Origin: an uncultured Thermoleophilia bacterium
GTDB taxonomy: Bacteria > Actinomycetota > Thermoleophilia > Gaiellales > Gaiellaceae
NCBI GenBank assembly: GCA_963774225.1
Contig: CAVZEA010000005.1
Location: 96,535-160,534, forward strand
Direction of reading: 5' to 3'
DNA length: 64,000 bases
In this document: positions 10,793-20,909 of the stretch, piece after piece
Position numbering within the stretch: position 1 is the first letter of the stretch
How the letters are laid out: each line of letters starts with the position of its first letter
Translations under genes and position numbers: made by a program
Notes under the pieces: generated by a model
The model's input: the letters and a program-made list of their open reading frames with translations, nothing else
What the model was told of the DNA's origin: nothing
The model's database searches: none

Positions 10793-11578
10793 GTGAAGCT
10801 GAAGCTCTCGGAGCCGACGCGGAAACAGGTGCTCGCGTTCTGCGCCGAGGATCCCGTCGAGCGCGTCTTCCTCGAGGACGTCGAGCGGCGGGGCCTCGGA
10901 CGGTTCACCTCCGTGGCCGATCGCTCGGGCCGCTTGACCGCGCTCTGTTATCTCGGTGCGAACGTCGTTCCGTCGGGCGAGGGCTGCGAGGCGTTCGCCG
11001 ATCTCGCGGTCGCGGCTCGAGCCCGCATGGTGATCGGAGAGGCGCGAGCCGTTGGAGATCTCTGGGCCGCAGCGTCGGGGCGAATGCCACGGCTTCGCGA
11101 GGACCGGCCGCACCAGCCCGTTTTCGCGATCACGGAGCCGCCGCCGGCGGGAGATACGCAGCTGCGCGCGGCGACGAAGGGCGACCTCGACGTGCTCGTT
11201 CCGGCTTGCGCTGCGGCGCACGAGCTCGAGCTCGGCATCGACCCGCTCCAGCGCGACGCCGAAGCGTTCCGTTGGCGCACGGCGACGCAGATCGACGACG
11301 GCCGGTCGTGGCTGTGGCTCGAGGACGGCGTGATCCGCTTCAAGGCAGAGGCGTCGGCGTGGACACCGACTGCCGTGCAGGTCTCGCAGGTGTGGGTCGA
11401 CCCGGCCGCACGCCGTCAGGGCTTCGCCGCGCGCGCGCTTCGCGACCTTTGTCGCCTCCTGCTCGCGACGACTCCGTCGGTGACCCTGTTCGTCCGCAGT
11501 GAGAACGCGCCCGCGATCGCGCTCTACGAGCACATCGGCATGCGCCAGGTGCTCGAGTACCGAAGCCTCCTGTTCTGA
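10793..11578 (+). CDS. GNAT-family acetyltransferase (two-domain, DUF4081-like)
   Basis: C-terminal GNAT core VWVDPAARRQGFAARAL ... ALYEHIGM. GTG start. Confidence 0.7.
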   Translation: MKLKLSEPTRKQVLAFCAEDPVERVFLEDVERRGLGRFTSVADRSGRLTALCYLGANVVPSGEGCEAFADLAVAARARMVIGEARAVGDLWAAASGRMPRLREDRPHQPVFAITEPPPAGDTQLRAATKGDLDVLVPACAAAHELELGIDPLQRDAEAFRWRTATQIDDGRSWLWLEDGVIRFKAEASAWTPTAVQVSQVWVDPAARRQGFAARALRDLCRLLLATTPSVTLFVRSENAPAIALYEHIGMRQVLEYRSLLF

Positions 11579-12575
11579 TTCGGAGTGCTTCAATGAGGCT
11601 CTGGAGCTGCTGGAGCGCATCGAATCGCACGTTCGCCGGCACGAGCTGATCGAGCCCGGCGGCGACATTGTGTGCCTCGTTTCCGGCGGCGCGGACTCGA
11701 CGTGCCTCTGGCACGCGCTCGGCGAGCTCGGCTACCGCGTCTCGGCGCTCCATGTCGACCACGGCCTGCGCGGCCCCGAGTCCGACGCCGACGCCGAGTG
11801 GTGCCGCGAGCAGCTCGGTGCGGAGGTGGTGCAGGCGGCTGCGCGCTGCTCGACGGAGGCCGAACTGCGCGACGTTCGCTACTCGTTCGCCGCCGACAAG
11901 CTGCGTGCGACCGGCCACACGCTTTCCGACCAGGTCGAGACGATTCTCTTCCGGCTCGCGACGCGTGGCACGACGACCGGGATCAGAGTGAGCCGCGACG
12001 ACGGCGTCGTGCGGCCGCTCCTCTGCATGTGGCGCGAGGAGACGGAGGAGTACTGCAGCGCGAACGGGCTTCTCTGGCGCAGCGACACGTCGAATGCGGC
12101 AACGCTTCGCGGTCAGATCCGCCACGGTGTGCTGCCGGTACTCGAGCGGGTGCATCCCGCCGCGCGCGAGAACATTCTGCGCGCGCTCGACGAGCGCCAG
12201 ACGCTCCCGCCGGCGCTCGCCGAGCTGCTTGCGTCGCCCGTCGGCTCGAAGCGAGTCGACCTCGGTGGCGGCGTCCAGGCGGTGCGGGAGCACGACCGTC
12301 TCTGGCTCGAAGCGGGCCCAGTCGACCTCGACCGGGAGGTGGTCTGGGGTGAGTGGCGCATCGAGGCGAAGGTCCGCGGGCTTAAGGTACGGGGGTGGAG
12401 GCCGGGCGACCGGCTCGCAGGCCGAACGAAGAAGGTGCAGGACGTGTTCGTCGATGCCAAGATCCCGCGCTCCGATCGCGAAGGCTGGCCGCTCGTCGTC
12501 CGCGGCGACGAGGTTGTCGCGGTCCCGGGCCTGGTCGAGGCGGAGGAGGTGACAGCAGCTCGTGTCGCAGACTGA
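11499..12575 (+). CDS. tilS: tRNA(Ile)-lysidine synthase (start codon unresolved)
   Basis: PP-loop CLVSGGADS. The homologous region begins near 11600 with no in-frame ATG/GTG/TTG after 11499. Confidence 0.85.
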   Translation: MRTRPRSRSTSTSACARCSSTEASCSDSECFNEALELLERIESHVRRHELIEPGGDIVCLVSGGADSTCLWHALGELGYRVSALHVDHGLRGPESDADAEWCREQLGAEVVQAAARCSTEAELRDVRYSFAADKLRATGHTLSDQVETILFRLATRGTTTGIRVSRDDGVVRPLLCMWREETEEYCSANGLLWRSDTSNAATLRGQIRHGVLPVLERVHPAARENILRALDERQTLPPALAELLASPVGSKRVDLGGGVQAVREHDRLWLEAGPVDLDREVVWGEWRIEAKVRGLKVRGWRPGDRLAGRTKKVQDVFVDAKIPRSDREGWPLVVRGDEVVAVPGLVEAEEVTAARVAD

Positions 12576-13123
12576 TCTCGAGAGCGGCGTCGGTGAGACG
12601 CTGATCGACGAAGACGCGCTGCAGGAGCGGATCGCGGAGCTCGGCACGGGAGATCTCGGCCGACTACGCCGGTCGCGAGTTGCTCCTGGTCGGTGTGCTG
12701 AAGGGGGCAGTCTTCTTCATGGCCGATCTGATGCGCGCGCTGACTGTTCCGTGTGAGATCGACTTCATGGCGATCTCGAGCTACGGGGCGGCGACCGACT
12801 CCTCCGGCGTCGTCCGGATCCTCAAGGACCTCGACATCAACATCGAGGGCAGACATGTGCTCGTCGTCGAGGACATCATCGATTCCGGCCTGACGCTCTC
12901 CTATCTCCTTCGGAACCTGGAGTCGCGCGAGCCGGCGAGCCTCGAGATCTGTGCCCTCCTCACGAAGCCCGACCGGCGGGAGATCGACGTGCCTGTCCGC
13001 TACATCGGCTTCGAGATCCCTAATAAGTTCGTGATCGGCTACGGGCTCGATTTCGCCGAGCGGTACCGGAATCTCCCGTATGTGGGCGTCCTGCATGCCG
13101 ATCTGATGCCAGAAGGGGCTTGA
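12562..13123 (+). pseudogene. hpt: hypoxanthine phosphoribosyltransferase, split by a +1 frameshift in GGG run 12648-12650
   Basis: ORF 12562.. ends with homology at IAELGT. The shifted frame reads [27 protein letters not shown] ... [14 protein letters not shown]. Length is 3n+1. Confidence 0.85.
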
Positions 13124-13199
13124 AAGCCCACCCGTCGCAGCAGGGGTACCCGGGGGCCACGAGGAACATCCACCCGGCTACCATGAGCGAAGAACAAAC

Positions 13200-15149
13200 G
13201 TGAATCGTTTTCTCCGCAGCGCGTTCTTCCCACTTCTCGTGATCGTCGTGCTGGTCTGGCTCGCGAGCCAGACCCTGATCCCGAAGTCGTCGAGCGCCAG
13301 CAAACTGACGAGCTCGCAGGCGATCGCGGAGGTCAAGGCGGGCGACGTCGATTCGGCGGTCTTCAACCCCAGCAAGCGCGCGATCTCGCTGAAGCTGGCG
13401 ACGGGGAAGAAGGCGACCGTCCATTACGCCTCCGATCAGGCGCAGCTGCAGTTCCAGGATCTGCTCCAGCAGCACCAGGTGCAGTGGGACTCGAAGGGGA
13501 CGGGCGGCTTCTCGTGGACAGCGCTGATCGGGTCCTTCCTGCCGTTCCTGCTCTTGATCGGCTTCTGGATCTTCCTGATGAACCAGGTGCAGGGCGGAGG
13601 CTCGAAGGTGATGAGCTTCGGCAAGTCGCGCGCGAAGCGCATGGCGCCGGATTCGCCGAAGATCGGCTTCAAGGACGTCGCAGGTGTCGACGAGGCGGTC
13701 GAGGAGCTCCAGGAGATCAAGGAGTTCCTCGAGAACCCCAAGAAGTTCCAGGCGCTCGGCGCGAGCATTCCGAAGGGCGTTCTCCTGTACGGCCCGCCAG
13801 GCACCGGCAAGACGCTTCTGGCGCGTGCGGTCGCAGGTGAGGCGGGCGTGCCGTTCTTCTCGATCTCTGGCTCCGACTTCGTCGAGATGTTCGTCGGTGT
13901 CGGCGCGTCGCGCGTGCGCGACCTCTTCGAGCAGGCAAAGCAGGCCGCGCCGTGCATCGTCTTCATGGACGAGATCGACGCGGTCGGCCGCCATCGCGGT
14001 GCCGGCCTCGGCGGCGGGCACGACGAGCGCGAGCAGACGCTCAACCAGCTGCTCGTCGAGATGGACGGCTTCGAGATGAAGGACAACATCATCTTGATCG
14101 CCGCCACGAACCGCCCCGACATCCTCGATCCGGCTCTCCTGCGCCCGGGGCGCTTCGACCGCCAGATCGTGGTCGACCGGCCCGACCGGAACGGCCGTCG
14201 CAAGATCCTCGAGGTGCATTCGAAGGGCAAGCCGCTCGCGTCGTCGATCGACCTCGACTCGCTGGCCGGAGGCACGCCCGGATTCACCGGCGCCGACCTG
14301 CGCAACCTGGTCAACGAGGCAGCACTGCTCGCCGCGCGCCGAGGGAAGAAAGTGATCGAGCAGGAGGAGCTCGAGGAAGGGATCATGCGTGTGATCGCCG
14401 GCCCCGAGAAGAAGGCGCGCCTGCTCTCCGAGAAGGAGCAGCGCATCACGGCTTACCACGAGATGGGCCACGCGCTTGTCGGGAACTTCCTCGAGCACAC
14501 CGACCCGGTGCACAAGATCACGATCGTCTCGCGCGGTCAGGCACTCGGGCTCACGATCTCGCTACCGACCGAAGACCGCTATCTGACGACGCGCACCGCG
14601 CTGCTCGAGCAGATCGCAATGACGATGGGTGGCCGCGCCGCCGAGGAGATCGTCTTCAACGAGATCACGACCGGCGCCGCGAACGACATCGAGAAGGTCA
14701 CGTCGACCGCGAAGTCGATGGTCATGCGCTTCGGGATGTCCGAGAAGCTCGGCCCGCGTGTGCTCGGCCGCAACCACGACATGCCGTTCCTCGGTCGTGA
14801 GATGGGTGCCGAGCCCGACTACTCCGAAGAGGTCGCGCGTGAGATCGACGACGAGGTCCGCCGCATCATCGAGGAGGGCCACGACATCGCAACGCGCGTG
14901 CTGCGCGAGCACATCGACGACCTGCACCGCATCTCGCAGATCCTGATCGAGCGCGAGACGATCGATCGCGACCAGTTCGAGCGGTTGCTCACCGGCGAGG
15001 CCGAGGACACCGTCTTCCCGCCGCCGGAGCCCGAGGAACCGCCCGCCGAGCCGGCGCGCGAGCCCGAGCGGCGCCCGCAGGTCAAGCCGCGGCCGTTCCC
15101 GCTGCCCGGCGGCGCGGCCATGCAGCCGCCAGAACCAGAGGCGAGCTAG
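13200..15149 (+). CDS. ftsH: ATP-dependent zinc metalloprotease FtsH
   Basis: GPPGTGKT Walker A, HEMGHA zinc site, two N-terminal TM segments, 649 aa. Confidence 0.95.
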   Translation: MNRFLRSAFFPLLVIVVLVWLASQTLIPKSSSASKLTSSQAIAEVKAGDVDSAVFNPSKRAISLKLATGKKATVHYASDQAQLQFQDLLQQHQVQWDSKGTGGFSWTALIGSFLPFLLLIGFWIFLMNQVQGGGSKVMSFGKSRAKRMAPDSPKIGFKDVAGVDEAVEELQEIKEFLENPKKFQALGASIPKGVLLYGPPGTGKTLLARAVAGEAGVPFFSISGSDFVEMFVGVGASRVRDLFEQAKQAAPCIVFMDEIDAVGRHRGAGLGGGHDEREQTLNQLLVEMDGFEMKDNIILIAATNRPDILDPALLRPGRFDRQIVVDRPDRNGRRKILEVHSKGKPLASSIDLDSLAGGTPGFTGADLRNLVNEAALLAARRGKKVIEQEELEEGIMRVIAGPEKKARLLSEKEQRITAYHEMGHALVGNFLEHTDPVHKITIVSRGQALGLTISLPTEDRYLTTRTALLEQIAMTMGGRAAEEIVFNEITTGAANDIEKVTSTAKSMVMRFGMSEKLGPRVLGRNHDMPFLGREMGAEPDYSEEVAREIDDEVRRIIEEGHDIATRVLREHIDDLHRISQILIERETIDRDQFERLLTGEAEDTVFPPPEPEEPPAEPAREPERRPQVKPRPFPLPGGAAMQPPEPEAS

Positions 15150-15217
15150 GCTCGACTCTGGTTCGAGCGGGCGAGACCTTGGTCTCGTCCGCCAGACAAC
15201 GCGGAACCAGAAGCCAG

Positions 15218-15719
15218 CTAGCTCTCGGCGATCGGCCGGCCGACGACGAGCGCGTCGAGCAGTTCCTGATCGAGCTCCGCGTACGTCGCGTCGGGGCGCA
15301 CACCGAGCGCGTCGAGCGTCTTCGAGAAGAAGCAGCGCGCGGTCGCCGCAAGCACGACGTCCATGATCTCCGCGTCGTCCAGCCCGAGGGCGCGCAGGCG
15401 GTCGCAGGTCGCTGTCTTCGATCGACGTCGCGTCGTCGACCACGCGCTCGGCGAGGTCCATCACCGCCACGTCGACGGCATCGAGCCCTGCCGCACGGTG
15501 ATCGCGAGCGATGGCCGCGACCGGTTCGGCGAACTGCTCGTGCAGGATGCTTCCGTGGGCGAGACAGCAGTAGCTCGAGTGAAGGCGCCGGGCTGCGGCG
15601 AGTGTCGCGAGCTCGTAGCGGCGGAGATCCATGTTCGCCTTGATCGCGGTGTTCAGGCCCACCCAGGCCTCGTAGACATCGGGGCGCTCGTCGAACGCGC
15701 GCTCTAGGTTCTTCTTCAT
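15218..15719 (-). pseudogene. carboxymuconolactone decarboxylase (AhpD-like) family protein, +1 frameshift near 15401
   Basis: The N-terminus (ORF 14562..15719) holds to SIEDSDLR. Hand translation of the shifted frame gives RLRALGLDDAEIMDVVLAATARCFFSKTLDALG ... PIAES stop at 15218. Confidence 0.75.
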
Positions 15720-15736
15720 TCCTGCATTATCGAGGG

Positions 15737-16549
15737 ATGAGCGAACGTCAGCCGCTTCACAAGCGCTTCTCCGCGCCGGCGGTGATGGGCGTGATCAACG
15801 TCACGCCAGACTCGTTCTCCGACGGAGGCGTGCATCTGAATGTCGAGCCGGCCGTGACGTCGGCATGGGGGATGCTGGATGCCGGTGCAGCGATCGTCGA
15901 CGTCGGCGGCGAGTCGACGCGGCCCGGGTCGCTCGGGGTCTCGGCCGAGGAGGAGCTGGCGCGCATCGAGCCTGTGCTCGCGGACCTCGACGGGGCGCCC
16001 GTGTCGGTCGACACGTCGAAGGCGGTCGTCGCGCGACGGGCGCTCGAGCTCGGCGTCGAGCTCGTGAACGACGTCACTGCGTTGCGCGGCGATCCGGAGC
16101 TCGCCGGCGTTGTCGCCGACGCCGGCTCGTATCTCTGTCTCATGCACATGCAGGGCGCACCGCGGACGATGCAGGACGATCCTCGCTACGACGACGTCGT
16201 GTCGGAGGTGAAGCGCTTCCTCGAGGAGCGGCTTGCCTTCGCCGTCTCGGAGGGCATCGACGAGCAGCGCATTTGCGTCGATCCGGGCATCGGCTTCGGG
16301 AAGACGCCGGCGCACAACTTCGAGCTGGTCCGGCGACTGGACGAGCTCGTCGCGATTGGTCGGCCTGTGGTCGTGGGCTTCTCACGGAAGAGCAGCCTCG
16401 GGACGTTGACGGGGACGACGCGCGGAACTGTCTCCGCGTCGGTCGGCGCCGCGGTCGCGGCGTTCGAGCGGGGCGCGACGATCTTGCGCGTGCACGACGT
16501 GCGCGAGCATGTCGAGGCGCTGGCCGCGGCGAGCGCGGTGCGCGGATGA
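15737..16549 (+). CDS. folP: dihydropteroate synthase
   Basis: VMGVINVTPDSFSDGG, DVGGESTRPG. Confidence 0.9.
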   Translation: MSERQPLHKRFSAPAVMGVINVTPDSFSDGGVHLNVEPAVTSAWGMLDAGAAIVDVGGESTRPGSLGVSAEEELARIEPVLADLDGAPVSVDTSKAVVARRALELGVELVNDVTALRGDPELAGVVADAGSYLCLMHMQGAPRTMQDDPRYDDVVSEVKRFLEERLAFAVSEGIDEQRICVDPGIGFGKTPAHNFELVRRLDELVAIGRPVVVGFSRKSSLGTLTGTTRGTVSASVGAAVAAFERGATILRVHDVREHVEALAAASAVRG

Positions 16550-16896
16550 TCGTCGAGCTTCGCGGCCTCGAGGTGCACGGTCACCACGGTGTCTACGAGG
16601 ACGAACAGACGGACGGACAGCTTTTCCTCTTCGACGTCGAGCTCGAGGTGGGGGAGGAGCGCGGCGCGAACGATCGGATCGAGGATGCCGTCGATTACAC
16701 GGAGGTGGCGGCTGCCGTCCGCGATCTCTCGGCTGCGCGGCGGTTCGATCTCCTCGAGGCGCTCGCGGTCGCGACCGCCGATCTGTTGTACGAGCGGTTT
16801 CGACCGGAGCGGGTGCGAGTCCGCGTGCGCAAGCCCGGGGCGCGGCCGGCGGGACTGACCGTCGAGCACAGCGCCGTTACGGTCGAGCGGCCGTGA
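16546..16896 (+). CDS. folB: dihydroneopterin aldolase
   Basis: MIVELRGLEVHGHHGVYEDE. ATGA overlap with the folP stop. Confidence 0.85.
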   Translation: MIVELRGLEVHGHHGVYEDEQTDGQLFLFDVELEVGEERGANDRIEDAVDYTEVAAAVRDLSAARRFDLLEALAVATADLLYERFRPERVRVRVRKPGARPAGLTVEHSAVTVERP

Positions 16897-17342
16897 CCTT
16901 CGCCTACGTCGGGCTCGGTGCGAACCTCGACGACCGCGAAGGCACGATCCGTCGTGCGGCGGAGCTGATCGGCGCCGTCCGCCTGTCGCCGATCGTCGAG
17001 ACCGAGCCGTGGGGGTATGCCGACCAGCCGCTCTTTCTGAACGCGGTCGCCGAGCTCGAGACCGATCTACCGCCTCGCGCGCTCCTCGACCGCCTGCTCG
17101 AGGTCGAACGCTCACTCGGACGCGTCCGTACCGGCCCCCGCTACGGCCCTCGCACGATCGACCTCGACCTGCTCCTGTACGGCGAGCAGCGCGTGGACGA
17201 GCCGGGTCTGGAGGTTCCGCATCCGCGCCTGCACGAGCGCCGCTTCGTGCTCGAGCCTCTCGCGGCTCTCGTTCCGGAGCTGAGAATCCCCGGACTCGGC
17301 ACAGTCCAAGATGCACTCGCAGGGCTACAATCCGACCCGTGA
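16893..17342 (+). CDS. folK: 6-hydroxymethyl-dihydropterin pyrophosphokinase
   Basis: ETEPWGY ... RTIDLDLLLYG ... VPHPRLHERRFVLEPL. GTGA overlap with the folB stop. Confidence 0.85.
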   Translation: MTFAYVGLGANLDDREGTIRRAAELIGAVRLSPIVETEPWGYADQPLFLNAVAELETDLPPRALLDRLLEVERSLGRVRTGPRYGPRTIDLDLLLYGEQRVDEPGLEVPHPRLHERRFVLEPLAALVPELRIPGLGTVQDALAGLQSDP

Positions 17343-17704
17343 GCCACCTCGACGAGCTCGACGAGTTCGAGGCCGAGGCGGAGCTGCGGCTGAAGAAGGA
17401 GTACAGCGCGGTCTTCAGCCTCTTCAGGTACTGCGTGCTGACGCAGGACGCGACGTACCTCTGCAACCGGCTCGACATGCAGTACGTCCCGCAGCCGAAC
17501 TATCCGTTCTTCCATCTGAAGATGGAGGACGTGTGGGTGTGGGACAAGAACCGCCCGACGCGCATGATCCCGCGTGCCGAGGTGTACACCTCGAGCGACG
17601 TGACGATCGAGGAGCTGCGTGGCGAGGGTGACGAGCCGATCCTCACAGCCGAGGCGCTCGCGAAGCGCATCGGCGAAGGGCGTTCAGAGATCGAAGATCT
17701 GTAA
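17339..17704 (+). CDS. DUF2469-like conserved actinobacterial protein
   Basis: GTGA overlap with folK. EAEAELRLKKEY ... DVWVWDKNRP pattern recalled for DUF2469. Confidence 0.6.
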   Translation: MSHLDELDEFEAEAELRLKKEYSAVFSLFRYCVLTQDATYLCNRLDMQYVPQPNYPFFHLKMEDVWVWDKNRPTRMIPRAEVYTSSDVTIEELRGEGDEPILTAEALAKRIGEGRSEIEDL

Positions 17705-17746
17705 CTCGGTCTCCGGCGAAGCCGGAAACCGAGTTGTATGTCTTTT
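17702..17746 (+). terminator. conserved hairpin/T-tract repeat, copy 1
   Basis: TAACTCGGTCTCCGGCGAAGCCGGAAACCGAGTTGTATGTCTTTT. The stem includes the upstream TAA stop. Confidence 0.6.
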
Positions 17747-17750
17747 ACCG

Positions 17751-18506
17751 ATGCTGCTCGCGATCGACGTAGGCAACACCCAGACCGTCTTCGGTCTGTT
17801 CAACGGTGAGCGGCTGACAGAGCAGTTTCGCGTCGGCACCGACCGCTCGCACACCGGCGACGAGCTCGCGGTGATGTTGCGCGCGTTCGTCGACCTCGAG
17901 TCGCTGGAGGGGATCGTGCTCTGCTCGTCGGTGCCGCAGCTTGTCGCGGCCTACGAGGCGTTCGCGGATCGCTGGGCGGGGGCGGAGCTGCTCGTGCTCG
18001 GCCCCGGCGTTCCGACCGGCGTCCCGATCCGGTACGACGATCCGCGCGAAGTCGGATCGGACCGGATTGCGAACGCGGTCGCGGCGCGTGAGCGGCACGG
18101 TGCCCCGGCGGTGGTCGTCGACTTCGGCACCTCGACGAACTTCGACGTCGTCTCCGCCGACGGCGCGTTCGCCGGCGGTGTGCTCGCCCCCGGGATCGAG
18201 GTGTCGATGGACGCGCTGTTCGCGCGTGCGGCGCGTCTGCCGAAGGTCTCGTTCAGCGCGCCCGAGCGCGTGATCAGTCAGACGACGACTGCCGCCCTGC
18301 AGTCGGGTCTCGTCTACGGCTTCGCCGGGCAGGTGGACGCGATCGTCGACCGCATCCGGGAGGAGCTCGCTGCGCCCGACGCGCCGGTCGTCGCGACGGG
18401 CGGCCTCGCAGAGCTGATCGCCCCACATACGCGCACGATCACCGCTGTCGACCAGGAGCTGACGCTGCAAGGCTTGCGGCTCGTGTGGGAGCGGAATCGA
18501 GCGTAA
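17751..18506 (+). CDS. coaX: type III pantothenate kinase
   Basis: MLLAIDVGNTQTVFGLF, DFGTSTNFD, ATGG. Confidence 0.9.
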   Translation: MLLAIDVGNTQTVFGLFNGERLTEQFRVGTDRSHTGDELAVMLRAFVDLESLEGIVLCSSVPQLVAAYEAFADRWAGAELLVLGPGVPTGVPIRYDDPREVGSDRIANAVAARERHGAPAVVVDFGTSTNFDVVSADGAFAGGVLAPGIEVSMDALFARAARLPKVSFSAPERVISQTTTAALQSGLVYGFAGQVDAIVDRIREELAAPDAPVVATGGLAELIAPHTRTITAVDQELTLQGLRLVWERNRA

Positions 18507-18612
18507 GGGGCAGGCGCGGGCAGCGACGAAACGCAGTCGCAAATACCTCTCGTCCCCGACAGCGGTACGATCGACGATTGGTAACGACGCGTGCTACCCG
18601 GGAGGTAATCGG

Positions 18613-19251
18613 ATGAACGACAACGCGAAGTGGCGCGTCGCGCGCCTGGACGAGCTCGAGCAGCGCGGCCGATTCATTCCCGTGCGCGAGAGCCTCGGGA
18701 TCCAGTCGTTCGGGATCAACGCCATCAAGGTCGGCGAGGACGGCACGCTGATCAACGAGCATGACGAGTCCGGGTCCCGCCAGGAAGAGGTGTACGTCGT
18801 GCTCGACGGCACCGCGACGTTCGAGATCGACGGGGAGACGTTCGACGCCCCGCCCGGGACGTTCGTGTCCGTGCCGCCCGAGTCACGGCGCAAGGCGACC
18901 GGGGAGGCAACGATCCTGGCTCTCGGCGGCACTCGCGGGGAGGCGTACCAGGCGCTCGACTGGGGTGAGGCGTGGCCGTTCAACCAGGAGTCCATGAACG
19001 CCTACCGCGAGCAACGCTACGCCGACGCGCATGCCGCGGTGCGCAGCGGTCTCGAGCGCTTTCCCGACCATGCCGGCCTCAACTACAACTCAGCCTGTTT
19101 CGCGACGCTCGCGGGTGCGATCGACGACGAGACGTTCAGTCAGCTCCGGCGATCGTGCGAGCTGTTCCCGCCGTTCCGCGAGCAGGCGCGAGCGGACGAC
19201 GACTTCGCTGCAGTACGCGACGACCCGCGGTTCGAAGACGCTCTTCGCTGA
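18613..19251 (+). CDS. cupin-domain protein with helical C-terminal extension
   Basis: GGGAGG RBS. Cupin core QEEVYVVLDGTATFEIDGETFDAPPGTFVSVPP. Confidence 0.6.
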   Translation: MNDNAKWRVARLDELEQRGRFIPVRESLGIQSFGINAIKVGEDGTLINEHDESGSRQEEVYVVLDGTATFEIDGETFDAPPGTFVSVPPESRRKATGEATILALGGTRGEAYQALDWGEAWPFNQESMNAYREQRYADAHAAVRSGLERFPDHAGLNYNSACFATLAGAIDDETFSQLRRSCELFPPFREQARADDDFAAVRDDPRFEDALR

Positions 19252-19257
19252 GCCCGT

Positions 19258-19425
19258 CTACCGCGTCGGCGGCGAGTCGGCCCACGAGTCGTGCTCGCCG
19301 TCGACGTCGCCGCGCGGATCGTCGCCGAGATTGGTCGCAGCGCGGAACTCCAGGTCAGGTGCGCCGTCGAACCGAGAGCCGAGGTCTTCGAGATCGTCCT
19401 TGATGTTCGTGAGTGTGAACGGCAC
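19258..19425 (-). other. 55-codon ORF resembling only the N-terminus of a cupin-type protein (possible gene remnant)
   Basis: Hand translation: VPFTLTNIKDDLEDLGSRFDGAPDLEFRAATNLGDDP... then stop. Below the ORF-track length cutoff. Confidence 0.25.
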
Positions 19426-19525
19426 GTCGCAATCCTATGACGGCCTCGACACGTGATCCCTGCTGCTCGCCGATGCTGAGCCCGACCGGAGTAAGGTGAC
19501 CTCCACCCACCGACAGAGGAGTCAC

Positions 19526-19807
19526 ATGAGCATCCTTGTCCGCTTTACAGGAGCGCCGGGCATGAGCGCCGAGAAGTACGACGCGACGATGCCGGCAATC
19601 GAGGCGTCGGGTCAGTTTCCCCCCGATGGGCTCGAGTTCCACGTTGCGTTCAATTCCGGCGGCAGTTTCCGGGTCAGCGAGATCTGGGACTCCAAAGAGC
19701 AGTTCGAGGCGTTCGGTGAACGGCTGATGCCGATCCTCGCCGAGGGTGGCATCGAGCTCGCAGGCCCTCCCGAGATCGTCGACGTCCACAACCTGATCAA
19801 GCGCTAA
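19526..19807 (+). CDS. hypothetical small protein (93 aa)
   Basis: ATG 19526 preceded by GAGGAG. Within ORF 19496..19807. No family recognised. Confidence 0.45.
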   Translation: MSILVRFTGAPGMSAEKYDATMPAIEASGQFPPDGLEFHVAFNSGGSFRVSEIWDSKEQFEAFGERLMPILAEGGIELAGPPEIVDVHNLIKR

Positions 19808-19834
19808 GCCGGCCGCTCTGCTCGGGCCGGGTCG

Positions 19835-20368
19835 TCAGTACCCCAGCGCGTCGAACGTTGCGGGGTAGACGATCCGGCCGGCGAGGTCGGGGCTGAAGCC
19901 CCGGAGCCGCCTGATCATGAACGCGTCGTCCGGGATCCTCGGATGCGGAGCGCGGAAGCCGAGCGCGCTCGCCGGCTCGAAGCCGAGCCGAGGGTAGTAG
20001 GCGGGGATGCCCTCGACCATGACGGCGGGCTCGCCCGCCTCTTCGGCGCGGGCGAGCGCGTCCCGGATCAGCCGTCCCCCAACACCCTGGCGCTGGCGGT
20101 CGGGGCGAACCGACATCGGCGTGAGATTCAGGATCCTCGTCCGGGATCCGCCTTCGACGCCGACCCAGCTCAACATCACGTGAGCGATGACGCCGGAGGA
20201 GTCCTCGGCGACCAACGCCAGCTCGGGAATGAACTGCCCCGACGCCCGAATCCGCTCGACAAACGACGCAACCTCGTCGGGATGCCCCACGAATGCCGCA
20301 CGGACGACCTCCGCGATCACCGGACGGTCCGCGTCGCGCTCGGGACGGATCACGACTTCGTCGACCAC
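19835..20368 (-). CDS. GNAT-family N-acetyltransferase
   Basis: MSVRPDRQRQGVGGRLIRDAL (Q/RxxGxG/A), YYPRLGF. GTG 20368 (alternative 20353). Confidence 0.75.
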   Translation of the reverse strand: MVDEVVIRPERDADRPVIAEVVRAAFVGHPDEVASFVERIRASGQFIPELALVAEDSSGVIAHVMLSWVGVEGGSRTRILNLTPMSVRPDRQRQGVGGRLIRDALARAEEAGEPAVMVEGIPAYYPRLGFEPASALGFRAPHPRIPDDAFMIRRLRGFSPDLAGRIVYPATFDALGY

Positions 20369-20401
20369 GGGTGGCGATCGTAATCGGAGCAGCGTGCGAC
20401 G

Positions 20402-20866
20402 ATGCACCGGATGCGGCTCTGGCGGCTCACGCGGAGAGATCAGACGGCGCTCGACGGCGCAGGAGCGGTGAAACACGGCGGGCGGTACTCACCGCCGGGC
20501 GCTCCGGTCGTTCACTTCGCGTCCGAGGCGGGGCTCGCGGTGCTCGTGGCGCTGCGCTACCTGCCCGGCGATCCCGCTGACGCGCCCGACGACTACGTCC
20601 TCGGTTGGACAGAGATCGACGAAGAGCCGGAGCGGGCTCCGGACGCTGCAGGGGACGATGCGATTCGCGCGTGGGTCACTGAATGGCTCGGAAATCGGCG
20701 CAGCCTGCTCGCGACGGTTCGATCACGGGTGCTGCCGGAGGCGGATGTCGTGTTGATGAACGCGCTCCATCCCGACGCCGCTCGCGTACCGCCGCTCGTG
20801 ACGCGTCCATTCAGCTTCGCCGAGTGCCTGCACCCTCCGCCGATGCTGTCGCGCTACTCCGAGTAG
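20402..20866 (+). CDS. RES-domain protein (toxin-like), no cognate Xre/DUF2384 gene
   Basis: LWRL...GAVKHGGRYSPPGAPVVHFASEAGLAVLVAL ... VRSRVLPEADVVLMNALHP follows the RES-domain pattern. Confidence 0.7.
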   Translation: MHRMRLWRLTRRDQTALDGAGAVKHGGRYSPPGAPVVHFASEAGLAVLVALRYLPGDPADAPDDYVLGWTEIDEEPERAPDAAGDDAIRAWVTEWLGNRRSLLATVRSRVLPEADVVLMNALHPDAARVPPLVTRPFSFAECLHPPPMLSRYSE

Positions 20867-20909
20867 CAATGCCTTGCGCGGCAAGGGTAATGCTGCTACC
20901 TTGCGATAC

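Noticed and set aside
20187-20471. Plus-strand ORFs upstream of the RES gene as candidate antitoxins.
   Set aside because: They lie antisense to the GNAT coding region, are Ser/Arg/Thr-rich, and have no HTH or DUF2384-like features.
20864-20898. Short hairpin CCTTGC-GCG-GCAAGG between the RES and PadR genes as a PadR operator.
   Set aside because: It has only a 6-bp stem, the flanks do not extend the dyad, and it is indistinguishable from a chance GC-rich hairpin.
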